64,000 nt of DNA from Eubacteriales bacterium (GTDB lineage: Bacteria > Bacillota > Clostridia > Oscillospirales > CAG-272): contig JAZOSN010000032.1 of assembly GCA_045657105.1 (NCBI GenBank), positions 12,477 through 76,476 on the forward strand, written 5' to 3'. A model generated the notes under the pieces. It ran no database searches. It was not told the origin of the DNA and was given only the letters and a program-made list of their open reading frames with translations. Made by a program: the position numbers and the translations under genes. This document shows positions 35,229 to 46,220 of this stretch, one piece after another. How positions within the stretch are numbered: the first letter of the stretch is position 1; every line of letters starts with the position of its first letter.

Positions 35229-35298
35229 GCTTATTTATATAATATTTATATATATTATTTTTGTTAACTATTGAAAAATCGCAAAAAATGTGTTATAA

Positions 35299-37329
<2,031 letters not shown>

Positions 37330-37340
37330 CGGAGAAAGAT

Positions 37341-38615
37341 ATGCTGTTTGATAATGTAAAGATCTATTTAAAAGCAGGGGACGGCGGAAACGGCGCAGTT
37401 TCATTCAGGCGTGAAAAGTACGTTTCGCACGGCGGTCCTGACGGCGGTGACGGCGGAAACGGCGGAAATATCATTTTCACTGTCGATGAGGGGCAGAATA
37501 CCCTTACCTATTACAAATACAAGAGAAAATTCAAGGCAGAAAACGGATTAAACGGAAGCGGCTCGAAGTACCACGGCAAAAGAGGCGAAGATCTCATTCT
37601 TCCCGTGCCGCCCGGAACTGTAATAAAGGACGCAGGTAGCGGACTTGTCATTAAGGATATGTCTGAATGTGACAGCTACGTCATATGTAAGGGCGGACGC
37701 GGCGGTTGGGGAAACCATCATTTCGCAACCCCCACAAGACAGATCCCGCGCTTCGCAAAGCCCGGACTTGTCGGCGAGGAAAAGGAGATAATCCTTGAAC
37801 TCAAAATGATAGCCGACGTCGGTCTTATCGGATTTCCTAACGTCGGAAAATCCTCGATACTTTCGATGATCTCGTCTGCAAGACCGAAGATCGCCGATTA
37901 CCATTTTACAACTCTTGCACCGAATATCGGAGTCGTTTCGGTAGGTGACGAGAGAGGATTTGTCGCCGCTGATATTCCCGGACTTATCGAGGGTGCGGCG
38001 GACGGTATCGGACTCGGACATTCATTCCTTCGCCACGTTGACAGATGCAGACTTCTTCTGCACGTCGTCGATATATCGGGCAGTGAGGGCAGAGATCCCA
38101 TCGACGATATTATCGCGATAAATGCAGAGCTTGAAAAATACAGTCCCGAGCTTGCAAAGCGTCCGCAGATAATAGTTGCCAATAAATGCGACCTTCTTCC
38201 GAACGATGCAGATCTCTCTGAATTTGAGGAGTTTGCAAAGGTGAGAGGCAGTCAGGTCATCTACGTCTGCGCTCCGATAGGAGAGGGAATACAGGAAATG
38301 GTCAATAAGACCTTTGAGGCTCTCCAAGGACTGCCGCCTATCAAGATATACGAGGCGGAATATAAAGAACCCGATCTCGAAGCGGATACCACGAGCCACG
38401 AGTTCTCGATACACAGAGAGGACGACCTGTTTATAGTCGAGGGAGAATGGCTTCGCCGTGTTATGAACTCGGTAAACTTCTCGGACAGAGAATCGCTTAT
38501 GTTCTTCCAGAGAGTGCTCCGCAACAGCGGCGTTATCTCGGCGCTCGAAGATGCGGGAGTATCGGACGGAGATACGGTAAGTATATACGATTTCGAATTT
38601 GACTACGTAAAATAG
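37341..38615 (+). CDS. obgE: GTPase Obg/CgtA
   Basis: Glycine-rich Obg fold (GDGGNGAVSFRREKY...GGPDGGDGGNGG), G1 GFPNVGKSS, and a C-terminal OCT-like domain. Confidence 0.93.
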   Translation: MLFDNVKIYLKAGDGGNGAVSFRREKYVSHGGPDGGDGGNGGNIIFTVDEGQNTLTYYKYKRKFKAENGLNGSGSKYHGKRGEDLILPVPPGTVIKDAGSGLVIKDMSECDSYVICKGGRGGWGNHHFATPTRQIPRFAKPGLVGEEKEIILELKMIADVGLIGFPNVGKSSILSMISSARPKIADYHFTTLAPNIGVVSVGDERGFVAADIPGLIEGAADGIGLGHSFLRHVDRCRLLLHVVDISGSEGRDPIDDIIAINAELEKYSPELAKRPQIIVANKCDLLPNDADLSEFEEFAKVRGSQVIYVCAPIGEGIQEMVNKTFEALQGLPPIKIYEAEYKEPDLEADTTSHEFSIHREDDLFIVEGEWLRRVMNSVNFSDRESLMFFQRVLRNSGVISALEDAGVSDGDTVSIYDFEFDYVK

Positions 38616-38674
38616 CTTTTTCCGAATATATCGCATAAGACTTGTACCACTACAAATATTCGGAGGAAAAAGAC

Positions 38675-39775
38675 TTGTTTACACTTACACAAAGCGAAAA
38701 GAATATGCTTGAAAAGCTCGGCGACGCGGTGAAAAGATACCGCGCTCTCGAGGAGATGCTTGGAGATCCCGAGGTGATCTCCGATCATAAGCAGTACACA
38801 AAGCTTATGAGAGAGTATAAATCTCTTGCTAAAATCGCCGAAAAATACGGCGAATTTACAAAGCTCGACGGGGAGTGCGGCGACCTTCGCGAAATGCTCG
38901 ATATGGAGGACGACGAGGAAATGCGCGCTCTTGCAAAAGAGGATCTCGATAAAAACGAGGATATAATGCGCGCGCTTATCGACGAGCTTCGCATACTTAT
39001 TTTGCCGAGGGATCCTAACGATGACAAGAACGTTATCGTCGAGATACGTGGCGGCGCAGGCGGCGAAGAGGCGGCTCTGTTTGCAAACTCGCTTTACAGA
39101 ATGTACTCTATGTACTGCGCTTCTGCGGGATATAAGACCGAGATAATCGGAGCAAACGAAACCGAGCTCGGCGGATACAAGGAAATCGACTTTATGATCG
39201 AGGGTGACGGCGCGTACTCGCGCTTCAAATTCGAGAGCGGCGTTCACAGAGTTCAGAGAGTTCCCGAAACCGAAACACAAGGAAGAATACACACATCTAC
39301 CGTAACCGTTGCGGTTCTCCCCGAGGCAGAGGAGATCGAGGTCGTCATAAATCCTGCGGACATTATAATCGAATCCTGCAAATCGAGCGGAGCGGGCGGT
39401 CAGCACGTCAATAAGACCGAATCGGCAGTCCGCCTTACACATAAGCCGACAGGTATAGTCGTCGAATGTCAGGAGGAGCGAAGTCAGTTCAAGAACCGCG
39501 ATAAGGCGATGAAGGTGCTTCGCGCAAAGCTTCAAGATATGCAGGAACGTGAGCAGAACGATAAGATCACGAGCGAGAGAAAGAGTCAGGTCGGAACGGG
39601 CGACCGAAGCGAGCGTATCCGTACCTATAACTATCCGCAGGGAAGGGTTACCGACCATAGAATAGGACTTACCCTCTACTCTCTCGAAAATTTCCTCAAC
39701 GGAAACATTCAGGAAATGATAGACGCGCTTATTACCGCAGATACGTCGGAAAAATTAAAGAACAGTGAATTTTGA
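38675..39775 (+). CDS. prfA: peptide chain release factor 1
   Basis: PET-like and GGQ (SGAGGQHVNKTESAVRLTH) motifs. Start tentatively placed at the TTG at 38675 behind a GGAGGA RBS (the ORF opens at 38642; an ATG at 38705 is the alternative). Confidence 0.9.
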   Translation: MFTLTQSEKNMLEKLGDAVKRYRALEEMLGDPEVISDHKQYTKLMREYKSLAKIAEKYGEFTKLDGECGDLREMLDMEDDEEMRALAKEDLDKNEDIMRALIDELRILILPRDPNDDKNVIVEIRGGAGGEEAALFANSLYRMYSMYCASAGYKTEIIGANETELGGYKEIDFMIEGDGAYSRFKFESGVHRVQRVPETETQGRIHTSTVTVAVLPEAEEIEVVINPADIIIESCKSSGAGGQHVNKTESAVRLTHKPTGIVVECQEERSQFKNRDKAMKVLRAKLQDMQEREQNDKITSERKSQVGTGDRSERIRTYNYPQGRVTDHRIGLTLYSLENFLNGNIQEMIDALITADTSEKLKNSEF

Positions 39776-39779
39776 TAAA

Positions 39780-40823
39780 ATGTCTGAAAAGCATATAAAT
39801 ACGAAAATAGTAAATTATCCGGACGGGGCGGGAATGAAAGAGGCGGCAGAGCTTATAAAGGGCGGCGCGCTTGTGGCTTTCCCGACCGAAACGGTCTACG
39901 GACTCGGAGCGAACGCTCTTAGAACCGACGCCGCAGAAAAAGTATATGCCGCAAAGGGCAGACCGTCTGATAATCCGCTTATAATTCATCTTGCAAAAGC
40001 TGATGATGCAGAGAAATATTGCGAGGTTACCGAGGAGTTTTCAAGACTTACAAGGGCGTTTACTCCCGGACCTATCACCGTTGTTATGAAGAAAAAGGAT
40101 ATTATTCCGAGCACGGTAACGGGAGGTCTTGATACCGTTGCTGTCAGAATACCGAGGCATAATGTCGCAAGAGAGCTTATTGCTCTTTCGGGAGTTCCGA
40201 TAGCCGCTCCGTCGGCAAACCTTTCGGGCAGACCGTCTACCACCTCGGCAGATCACGTTATATCGGATATGTTCGGGCGTATTGATATGATAATCGACGG
40301 CGGAGAGTCGGACATCGGTCTTGAATCAACGATAGTGGCAGTAGTCGGAGAGAACAAGTTAAAGCTTTTAAGACCGGGTGCAGTGACTGTCGAAATGCTT
40401 GAAAACGAGGGCTTCGAGGTCACGCTTGATAAGGCGGTCACCGAAAAGCTGACAGAGGGCGAAAAGCCTGCCGCACCCGGTATGAAATACCGCCATTACG
40501 CACCGGGAGCACCGGTTGCACTCGTTGAGGGTGAGGACGTAAAACGTACCGAATTTATGGCGAAATTTGCAAACGATCCCACGGTCGCACTCGTCTGCTT
40601 TGACGAAGATGAGGCGATAAAGACTGCTTCAAACGCCTTCGTTATCGGCAGTAAAAATGATCCTGAGGGACAGGCTCACAGACTTTTTTCGCTGCTTCGC
40701 TCCTTTGACGATAAACGCGAGATAAAGCAGATATACGCGCCGCTTCCCGATAAAAGCGGTATAGGACTTGCAATATTCAACCGTATGCTCAAAGCATCGG
40801 GATATACGGTAATAGAACTTTAA
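39780..40823 (+). CDS. tsaC: L-threonylcarbamoyladenylate synthase (Sua5/YwlC type, with C-terminal Sua5 domain)
   Basis: FPTETVYGLGANA and SAPSANLSGRPS motifs; 347-352 aa depending on the start (GTG at 39765 or ATG at 39780). Confidence 0.85.
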   Translation: MSEKHINTKIVNYPDGAGMKEAAELIKGGALVAFPTETVYGLGANALRTDAAEKVYAAKGRPSDNPLIIHLAKADDAEKYCEVTEEFSRLTRAFTPGPITVVMKKKDIIPSTVTGGLDTVAVRIPRHNVARELIALSGVPIAAPSANLSGRPSTTSADHVISDMFGRIDMIIDGGESDIGLESTIVAVVGENKLKLLRPGAVTVEMLENEGFEVTLDKAVTEKLTEGEKPAAPGMKYRHYAPGAPVALVEGEDVKRTEFMAKFANDPTVALVCFDEDEAIKTASNAFVIGSKNDPEGQAHRLFSLLRSFDDKREIKQIYAPLPDKSGIGLAIFNRMLKASGYTVIEL

Positions 40824-40860
40824 CACATAAAAGAACATAAAGCTGAAAGGATTTTTCCAA

Positions 40861-43098
40861 ATGGCAAAGAAAAAGGTAAGTAAAGAACATAAGGCGGACG
40901 ATATAGTCGCTCCCATAGTAGATCAGCCCATAACCGAAACGGTAGAGAAGAACTATATGCCCTACGTTATGAGCGTTATTATCTCGCGCGCTATCCCCGA
41001 GATAGACGGCTTCAAGCCCGCCCATAGAAAAGTACTCTATACTATGTATAAGCAGGGACTTCTTACAGGACCGAGAACCAAGAGTGCAAACGTCGTCGGA
41101 CAGACGATGAAAATACACCCTCACGGCGACGCGTCGATATACGATACCCTCGTTAGGCTTACGAGAGGACACGAGGCTCTGCTTCACCCGTTCGTTGACT
41201 CGAAGGGAAGCTTTGGTAAGCATTACAGCAGCGATATGGCGTATGCCGCACCCCGTTATACCGAGGTAAAGCTCGACCCCTTCTGCGCCGAGATTTTCAG
41301 AGGAATTGATAAGACCGCAGTTGAGATGGTGCCTAACTACGATAATACTATGGTCGAGCCTGTTCTTCTTCCTACGACCTTCCCGAACATTCTCGTTTCG
41401 GCAAATATGGGTATCGCGGTCGGTATGGCGAGCCGTATCTGCTCGTTTAACCTCGCAGAGGTCTGCGACGGCGCGATACAGGTTCTTCGCAACCCGAACA
41501 CCGATGCCGATCAGATGCTCGATATAATCAAAGCTCCCGATTTTCAAGGCGGAGCGTATATAATTTACGACAGAAAGCAGCTCTCCGATATATATTCGAC
41601 AGGTCGCGGAAGCTTCACTATGCGCGCGAAATACGTCTACGATAAATCGTCGAACTGTATAGATATAATCGAAATACCTTATTCGACCTCGCTCGAAGCT
41701 ATAATGAAGCGCCTTACCGAGCTCGTCAAGAACGGAAGCCTTAAAGAGGTTTCGGATTTCCGTGACGAGATCGACCTCAAAGGCTTCAAGCTCACTCTCG
41801 ATCTGAAACGCGGAGTCGATCCCGATAAGCTTATGAATAAGCTTTACAGGCTCACACCGCTCGAGGACGATTTCTCGTGTAACTTCAACGTGCTTATCGA
41901 TAGCGTTCCTATGCAGATCGGTGTCGTTGAGATACTTAAAGAGTGGATACGCTTCCGCATGGGTTGTGTCAGACGCGAGCTTGGCTTTGACCTCGGCAAG
42001 AAGGAAGAAAGACTCCACCTTCTCGAAGGACTTCGCGAGATACTTCTCGATATAGACAAGGCGATCAAGATTATCCGCGAAACAAAGAACGATAAGGACG
42101 TCGTTCCCAACCTTATGACAGGATTCAGAATAGATGAGGTTCAGGCAGAATTTATCGCAGAGATCAAGCTCCGTCACTTAAACCGCGAGTATATAATCTC
42201 GCGTCTTGACGAGATAAAGAAGCTTACCGAGGATATAGCAGAGCTCAGAGATATTATTACCAGCGATTCGAAGCTCAAAAACTATATTGCAAAGCAGCTT
42301 AAAGAAATCAAGGCAAAGTACGGCAAGGAAAGACGTACCGAGCTTATCTACGCCGAGGATATCGTAAACGAGCCCGAAGAGGTAGTGGTCGATACTACTC
42401 CCGTGCATCTCGTTCTCTCGAAGGAGGGCTATTTCAAGAAAATATCCATGCAGTCCCTTCGCGGAAATGACGCGCAGACCTTCAAGGACGGCGACTCGCT
42501 CAGAGTCGAGGAGGACGCGACCAATAGCGACGATCTGATATTCTTTACGGATAAAGCACAGTGCTATAAGTCGAATGCATCTGCGTTCGATTACAGTAAA
42601 GCATCTGCGCTCGGCGACTTTGCCGCGGCAAAGCTCGGAATGGATAAGGACGAAAAGGTCGTCTTTATGAAGGCTATAAAGGGTAATAATTACGGAGTCG
42701 GCAACTTTATGTTCTTCTTTGAAAACGGAAAGGGCGTAAAGATCCCGGTTCTCGCATACGAAACGAAGACAAACAGAAAGAAGCTCGTCGGAGCATTCTC
42801 GGACGTTTCTCCGATAGTTTCGGTGATTTATGAGGACTCTCCCGTAGAGCTGCTCATGATCTCGAATGCAAAGCGCGGTATCGTTATAAGCAGTAATCTT
42901 GTTCCTGTAAAGTCGTCGAGATCGTCACAGGGCGTTACCATATTCGCACTTAAAGGCGGTCAGAAGCTTGCCGCAGTGCTCACAGATTTTGCCGATAAAT
43001 TTACGAGCGCAAAATCACTTAAAAAGATAAAAATACCCGCTACCGGTATCGCAATAGATGAGTACGATGCCGAAAAACAACAAATCAAGCTTATTTAA
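40861..43098 (+). CDS. type IIA topoisomerase subunit A homolog (GyrA/ParC family)
   Basis: YMPYVMSVIISRAIPEIDGFKPAHRKVLY, HPHGDASIYDTLVRL and the catalytic-Tyr region AAPRYTE; a C-terminal beta-pinwheel-like region. No B subunit is adjacent. Confidence 0.85.
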   Translation: MAKKKVSKEHKADDIVAPIVDQPITETVEKNYMPYVMSVIISRAIPEIDGFKPAHRKVLYTMYKQGLLTGPRTKSANVVGQTMKIHPHGDASIYDTLVRLTRGHEALLHPFVDSKGSFGKHYSSDMAYAAPRYTEVKLDPFCAEIFRGIDKTAVEMVPNYDNTMVEPVLLPTTFPNILVSANMGIAVGMASRICSFNLAEVCDGAIQVLRNPNTDADQMLDIIKAPDFQGGAYIIYDRKQLSDIYSTGRGSFTMRAKYVYDKSSNCIDIIEIPYSTSLEAIMKRLTELVKNGSLKEVSDFRDEIDLKGFKLTLDLKRGVDPDKLMNKLYRLTPLEDDFSCNFNVLIDSVPMQIGVVEILKEWIRFRMGCVRRELGFDLGKKEERLHLLEGLREILLDIDKAIKIIRETKNDKDVVPNLMTGFRIDEVQAEFIAEIKLRHLNREYIISRLDEIKKLTEDIAELRDIITSDSKLKNYIAKQLKEIKAKYGKERRTELIYAEDIVNEPEEVVVDTTPVHLVLSKEGYFKKISMQSLRGNDAQTFKDGDSLRVEEDATNSDDLIFFTDKAQCYKSNASAFDYSKASALGDFAAAKLGMDKDEKVVFMKAIKGNNYGVGNFMFFFENGKGVKIPVLAYETKTNRKKLVGAFSDVSPIVSVIYEDSPVELLMISNAKRGIVISSNLVPVKSSRSSQGVTIFALKGGQKLAAVLTDFADKFTSAKSLKKIKIPATGIAIDEYDAEKQQIKLI

Positions 43099-43122
43099 AG
43101 AGTAAAACAAGGAGGTTGTTTT

Positions 43123-44910
43123 ATGTCAAATAAAAACAGACATCAAAACAAAAACACGCCGTCAACGCGCGAGATACTCGTGCGGATCGTTGCGGGCTTC
43201 CTCGGCTTTCTTATGATCTTTTCTATTCTTGTGGTTGCTATCGAGGCGTATGCAAATACGGCTGTCGATCTTAAAATCGGAGAAGAAATAGACGTCGGTC
43301 TTTTTTACGGAAGTGATCTTGCCGAAAGCTTTACGGTAAATACGAGCAAGGGATTTCGTCTTGAAATCCCTTGTGACGACGGCTATCTTTCCTTTGACGA
43401 TGCAAGCGAGGCAAAGGTTATTTCGATAACCGCGGGCAAAAATCTTATAAAGAGTGACGGTACCTACGTCGAAGCGGCGGAGAACGTAGATCCGAGCATT
43501 GGCGGATACAGAGTTATGATCTCCTCTTACTCGACTAAGGTAGGCGGATCGTCAAAAAACGATAATATAGTGCTTTTCCGTCCGTCAAGCGCTACGACCG
43601 GATCGTTTAGTAAGGAAAATATCCGCGGATATATAAGCAGAATAGAAGATACCGTTGAAAAGCTTGGAAGCTACGCTTTTCCGGCGTACGTTGACGGAGA
43701 ATACTATATCTGCCTCGGCGGATTTGCAACTGCCGAAAGAGCAGAGAATTTTCTCAGTGCATTTGAGGCCTCGTATATCTGCGAGGGAAGCGTCGTGGCT
43801 CCCGATGAAAACGCCTATTCTGTAATAGACTATCAGACCAACACCGTTATCGGTCATTTTAAGGGAATTGACGCTCTTTACGTAACTCCTGTTGCAAACG
43901 AGATTTTCTCATCGCATCTCGGAGAAACCTATTACGGCAGACTCAGAATTAAAAGCCAAAATAGCGCTTTCGAGATCGTGAATACTCTGCATATGGAGGA
44001 ATACGTCGCGTCGCGTCTTTCGGTTGAGGTAAATACCTCATGGAACGACGAGGCTCTCAAAGCGGCGGCTACCGTCGTGAGAACAAACGCGTATTCTTCT
44101 CTTGACGACAGATCGACACATAAAAACGACGGATTTGACTACTGCACGAATTCTCACTGCGGTAAATATAATGGTTGCGGAAACGTAAACGGCAATATCG
44201 AAAAGACAGTAGATGCAACGAAAAATATGGTCATAAAGAGCGGCGGCGAGCTTATAAACGCTCTATACGGCTCGACCTACGGCGGAGCGACCGTTTCGCT
44301 TTCCGAGGCGTACGGTGAGATCATGGCAGGTAAGGGAAGCTATCTCGCAGGTCAGATCGTGGCTTGGGAGGATTTCGAAAACCGCTCGGGCGGCAGATGG
44401 AAGAGCGAGATAAGCCAGTACGAGCTCTACGAGCTTCTTTCTCAGAGAGTCGCGGACTGTCCGCTGGAAGGTAACGTTTCAGAGATCAAGGTGTTAAAGC
44501 GCTCGCAGAGCGGACTTTACGTCACCGAAATCGAATTTACCGATATTTTCGGGAATAAACTTGTTGTTTCGGGAAGTGAAACTATAAGAAATCTGCTTTC
44601 GGGAACGCTTAAAAGCGCGAACTTTGTCGTGGGTGTCGCGGGAAGCGAGGTGACCGAGATCACGCCGAAATATAATTCAGAAACCAAGGAAACGACAACT
44701 GCCGAAACGACTGTGAAGCTTGACGGCACATACGGAAATTTCGTTTTCGTCGGACGCGGTGTCGGAAGCGGACTCGGACTTAGCCTCAACGGAGTAAACG
44801 ACCTTGCAAACAAGGGATATTCTTACGAGAATGCATACGTCGATATGATCAAGATCTATTATAAGGACGTTGACGTCGAGCTGATAGTGACAAGCGACGG
44901 AGCGATATGA
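43123..44910 (+). CDS. SpoIID/LytB-domain protein with an N-terminal membrane anchor
   Basis: MEEYVASRLSVEVNTSWNDEALKAAATVVRTNAY and STYGGAT resemble the SpoIID amidase-enhancer domain. Confidence 0.75.
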   Translation: MSNKNRHQNKNTPSTREILVRIVAGFLGFLMIFSILVVAIEAYANTAVDLKIGEEIDVGLFYGSDLAESFTVNTSKGFRLEIPCDDGYLSFDDASEAKVISITAGKNLIKSDGTYVEAAENVDPSIGGYRVMISSYSTKVGGSSKNDNIVLFRPSSATTGSFSKENIRGYISRIEDTVEKLGSYAFPAYVDGEYYICLGGFATAERAENFLSAFEASYICEGSVVAPDENAYSVIDYQTNTVIGHFKGIDALYVTPVANEIFSSHLGETYYGRLRIKSQNSAFEIVNTLHMEEYVASRLSVEVNTSWNDEALKAAATVVRTNAYSSLDDRSTHKNDGFDYCTNSHCGKYNGCGNVNGNIEKTVDATKNMVIKSGGELINALYGSTYGGATVSLSEAYGEIMAGKGSYLAGQIVAWEDFENRSGGRWKSEISQYELYELLSQRVADCPLEGNVSEIKVLKRSQSGLYVTEIEFTDIFGNKLVVSGSETIRNLLSGTLKSANFVVGVAGSEVTEITPKYNSETKETTTAETTVKLDGTYGNFVFVGRGVGSGLGLSLNGVNDLANKGYSYENAYVDMIKIYYKDVDVELIVTSDGAI

Positions 44911-44920
44911 AGTAAAACGA

Positions 44921-44953
44921 AAACTCACTACCTTTGAAAGTAGTGAGTTTTTT
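44921..44953 (+). terminator. intrinsic terminator
   Basis: 11-bp stem AAACTCACTAC/GTAGTGAGTTT followed by a T-run. Confidence 0.85.
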
Positions 44954-44998
44954 GCAAACAAAGTTAAGGCGTTGTGTTTTACACAACGCCTTAGTTTC

Positions 44999-45226
44999 TA
45001 TCGGGCCCCGCTTTTGCCGTGGGTCAAGAAATATAACCCTGCTTTTTAGTCAGGGTGGTGTCCTCTCCGATGCTTTACGGTGCTCCCAACGTCCCACGAA
45101 AGCCGTGACAAAAGCAGGGCTAAGTGAGGAGGTCTGCACTCCGGCGCGGAAGTTTATCCGGACTCCAATATCAGTTTGTAGGTTTATTTACCTGACATTT
45201 CCACGCACAAAGCAGGATGCCCGATA
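44999..45226. ncRNA. candidate structured non-coding RNA (unclassified; orientation unresolved)
   Basis: ORF-free gap between convergent genes. The ends pair over about 40 nt in four consecutive helices, enclosing several hairpins. The element is flanked by hairpins at 44966-44992 and 45237-45289. See findings. Confidence 0.45.
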
Positions 45227-45236
45227 ACAGAATATT

Positions 45237-45289
45237 CGGAAAGATGCCGGAAAATACCTTGTTGAGCCCGGCATCTTCCGTCTTTTTTC
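45237..45289. terminator. strong hairpin with a T-run (a + strand terminator; may also end the minus-strand DUF1292 gene)
   Basis: CGGAAAGATGCCGG/CCGGCATCTTCCG stem with a 17-nt loop, then TCTTTTTTC on the + strand. Confidence 0.7.
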
Positions 45290-45336
45290 TTTCCGTTATT
45301 ATTGTGCTCAAAAAAGCTCGGTTTAAAAGCGGAAAA

Positions 45337-45657
45337 TTATTCCGCGTCGTAATCTATCTCGGAAAAGAGAAGATCGTCGAAAACGTCTGCGATGCGCTCG
45401 TATTCGTCGTCGTCCTCGATGGTACAGAGCGAAACGTCGCCGTTTTCTTCCTCTTCAACCTTGAGAATTACGTATTCCTCTGCCTCGGAGCCGTCCTCGT
45501 TTACGGGAGCGAGTGCATAGTAGATCGAGCCGTCGTCTGCCTGATAGGTTTCGATAAGCTCGAATTTGGACTCAGTGCCGTCCTCTTCATCGGTAAGTGT
45601 GAGTATGCCGAACTCCTCTTCGGGGAGCTCTGCGCCGTTCTTTATTTCGTCGTTCAT
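45337..45657 (-). CDS. DUF1292-family acidic protein
   Basis: LTDEEDGTESKFELIETYQADDGSIYYALAPV...EEYVILKVEEEENGD is the typical DUF1292 pattern. Confidence 0.8.
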   Translation of the reverse strand: MNDEIKNGAELPEEEFGILTLTDEEDGTESKFELIETYQADDGSIYYALAPVNEDGSEAEEYVILKVEEEENGDVSLCTIEDDDEYERIADVFDDLLFSEIDYDAE

Positions 45658-45845
45658 TACTTAAATTTCCTTTCTTACTGTGATGGATATATTCTACACT
45701 ATTTTTACCTTTATGTCAAGGTCTTTGGGAATTTAATTGTTAAAGATTTTTCTGCAAAGTGGGCGGGGAATATAATTAAAATCGGGAAGCCTTTGCTTCC
45801 CGATTTTTTCTCTTCGGCCGAATAAGCCTGATTTTCGTTTCGCTT

Positions 45846-46064
45846 TTACTCTTCTGCCGTATCGAGAAGAGGAGTTCTCTCTCTGAAAAGCAGAGAAATG
45901 CACCATATAGCGGCAACGCCGACGAGCGAATAGATTATTCTGCTTCCAACGGCGTCCTGACCGCCGAAAATCCAAGCTACAAAATCATAGCCGAAAAAAC
46001 CGATACTGCCCCAGTTGAGTCCTCCGACGATTGCGAGGAGAAGGGCTATTCTGTCAATAATCAT
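45846..46064 (-). CDS. DUF378-family small membrane protein
   Basis: ALLLAIVGGLNWGSIGFFGYDFVAWIFGG is the DUF378 signature. Confidence 0.8.
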   Translation of the reverse strand: MIIDRIALLLAIVGGLNWGSIGFFGYDFVAWIFGGQDAVGSRIIYSLVGVAAIWCISLLFRERTPLLDTAEE

Positions 46065-46180
46065 TTTTTCAGACCTTTCTTTGGGTATGCGCCCGACAAT
46101 ATGATTTTGTGAATTTTCGAGCGCAAGATTATTTTGTGCTTTAAAACATAAATTATGCGAAATATATTAAGCCAACTTTT

Positions 46181-46215
46181 TCAAAAAATAAACGGCAGAT
46201 CTTTGTCTGCCGTTT
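46181..46215 (-). terminator. intrinsic terminator
   Basis: AAACGGCAGA/TCTGCCGTTT stem with a T-run on the minus strand. Confidence 0.8.
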
Positions 46216-46220
46216 GTGTT

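Larger units (their letters stand above)
18260..35260. mobile_element. putative integrated element / genomic island ending in a large serine recombinase (boundaries approximate, att sites not identified)
   Basis: The block between two housekeeping genes (SASP, ligA) differs in base composition and codon choice and is dominated by unrecognisable or LRR genes. It has its own regulator and a recombinase at its right edge. Confidence 0.55.

Noticed and set aside
44999-45226. Assigning the candidate RNA to SRP RNA, tmRNA, RNase P RNA or a T-box leader.
   Set aside because: There is no GGAA-GGAAGCAGC SRP domain IV motif on either strand. There is no tRNA-like GGTTCGA...CCA end and no GAGGAAAGTCC. 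The T-box-like AGGGTGGT (45054-45061) sits at the wrong end, far from the terminator, and no gene follows on the + strand.
45217-45825. A 202-aa plus-strand ORF across the 45.2-45.8 kb region.
   Set aside because: It runs through a strong terminator hairpin and is antisense to the well-supported DUF1292 gene. It has no RBS and an implausible sequence.
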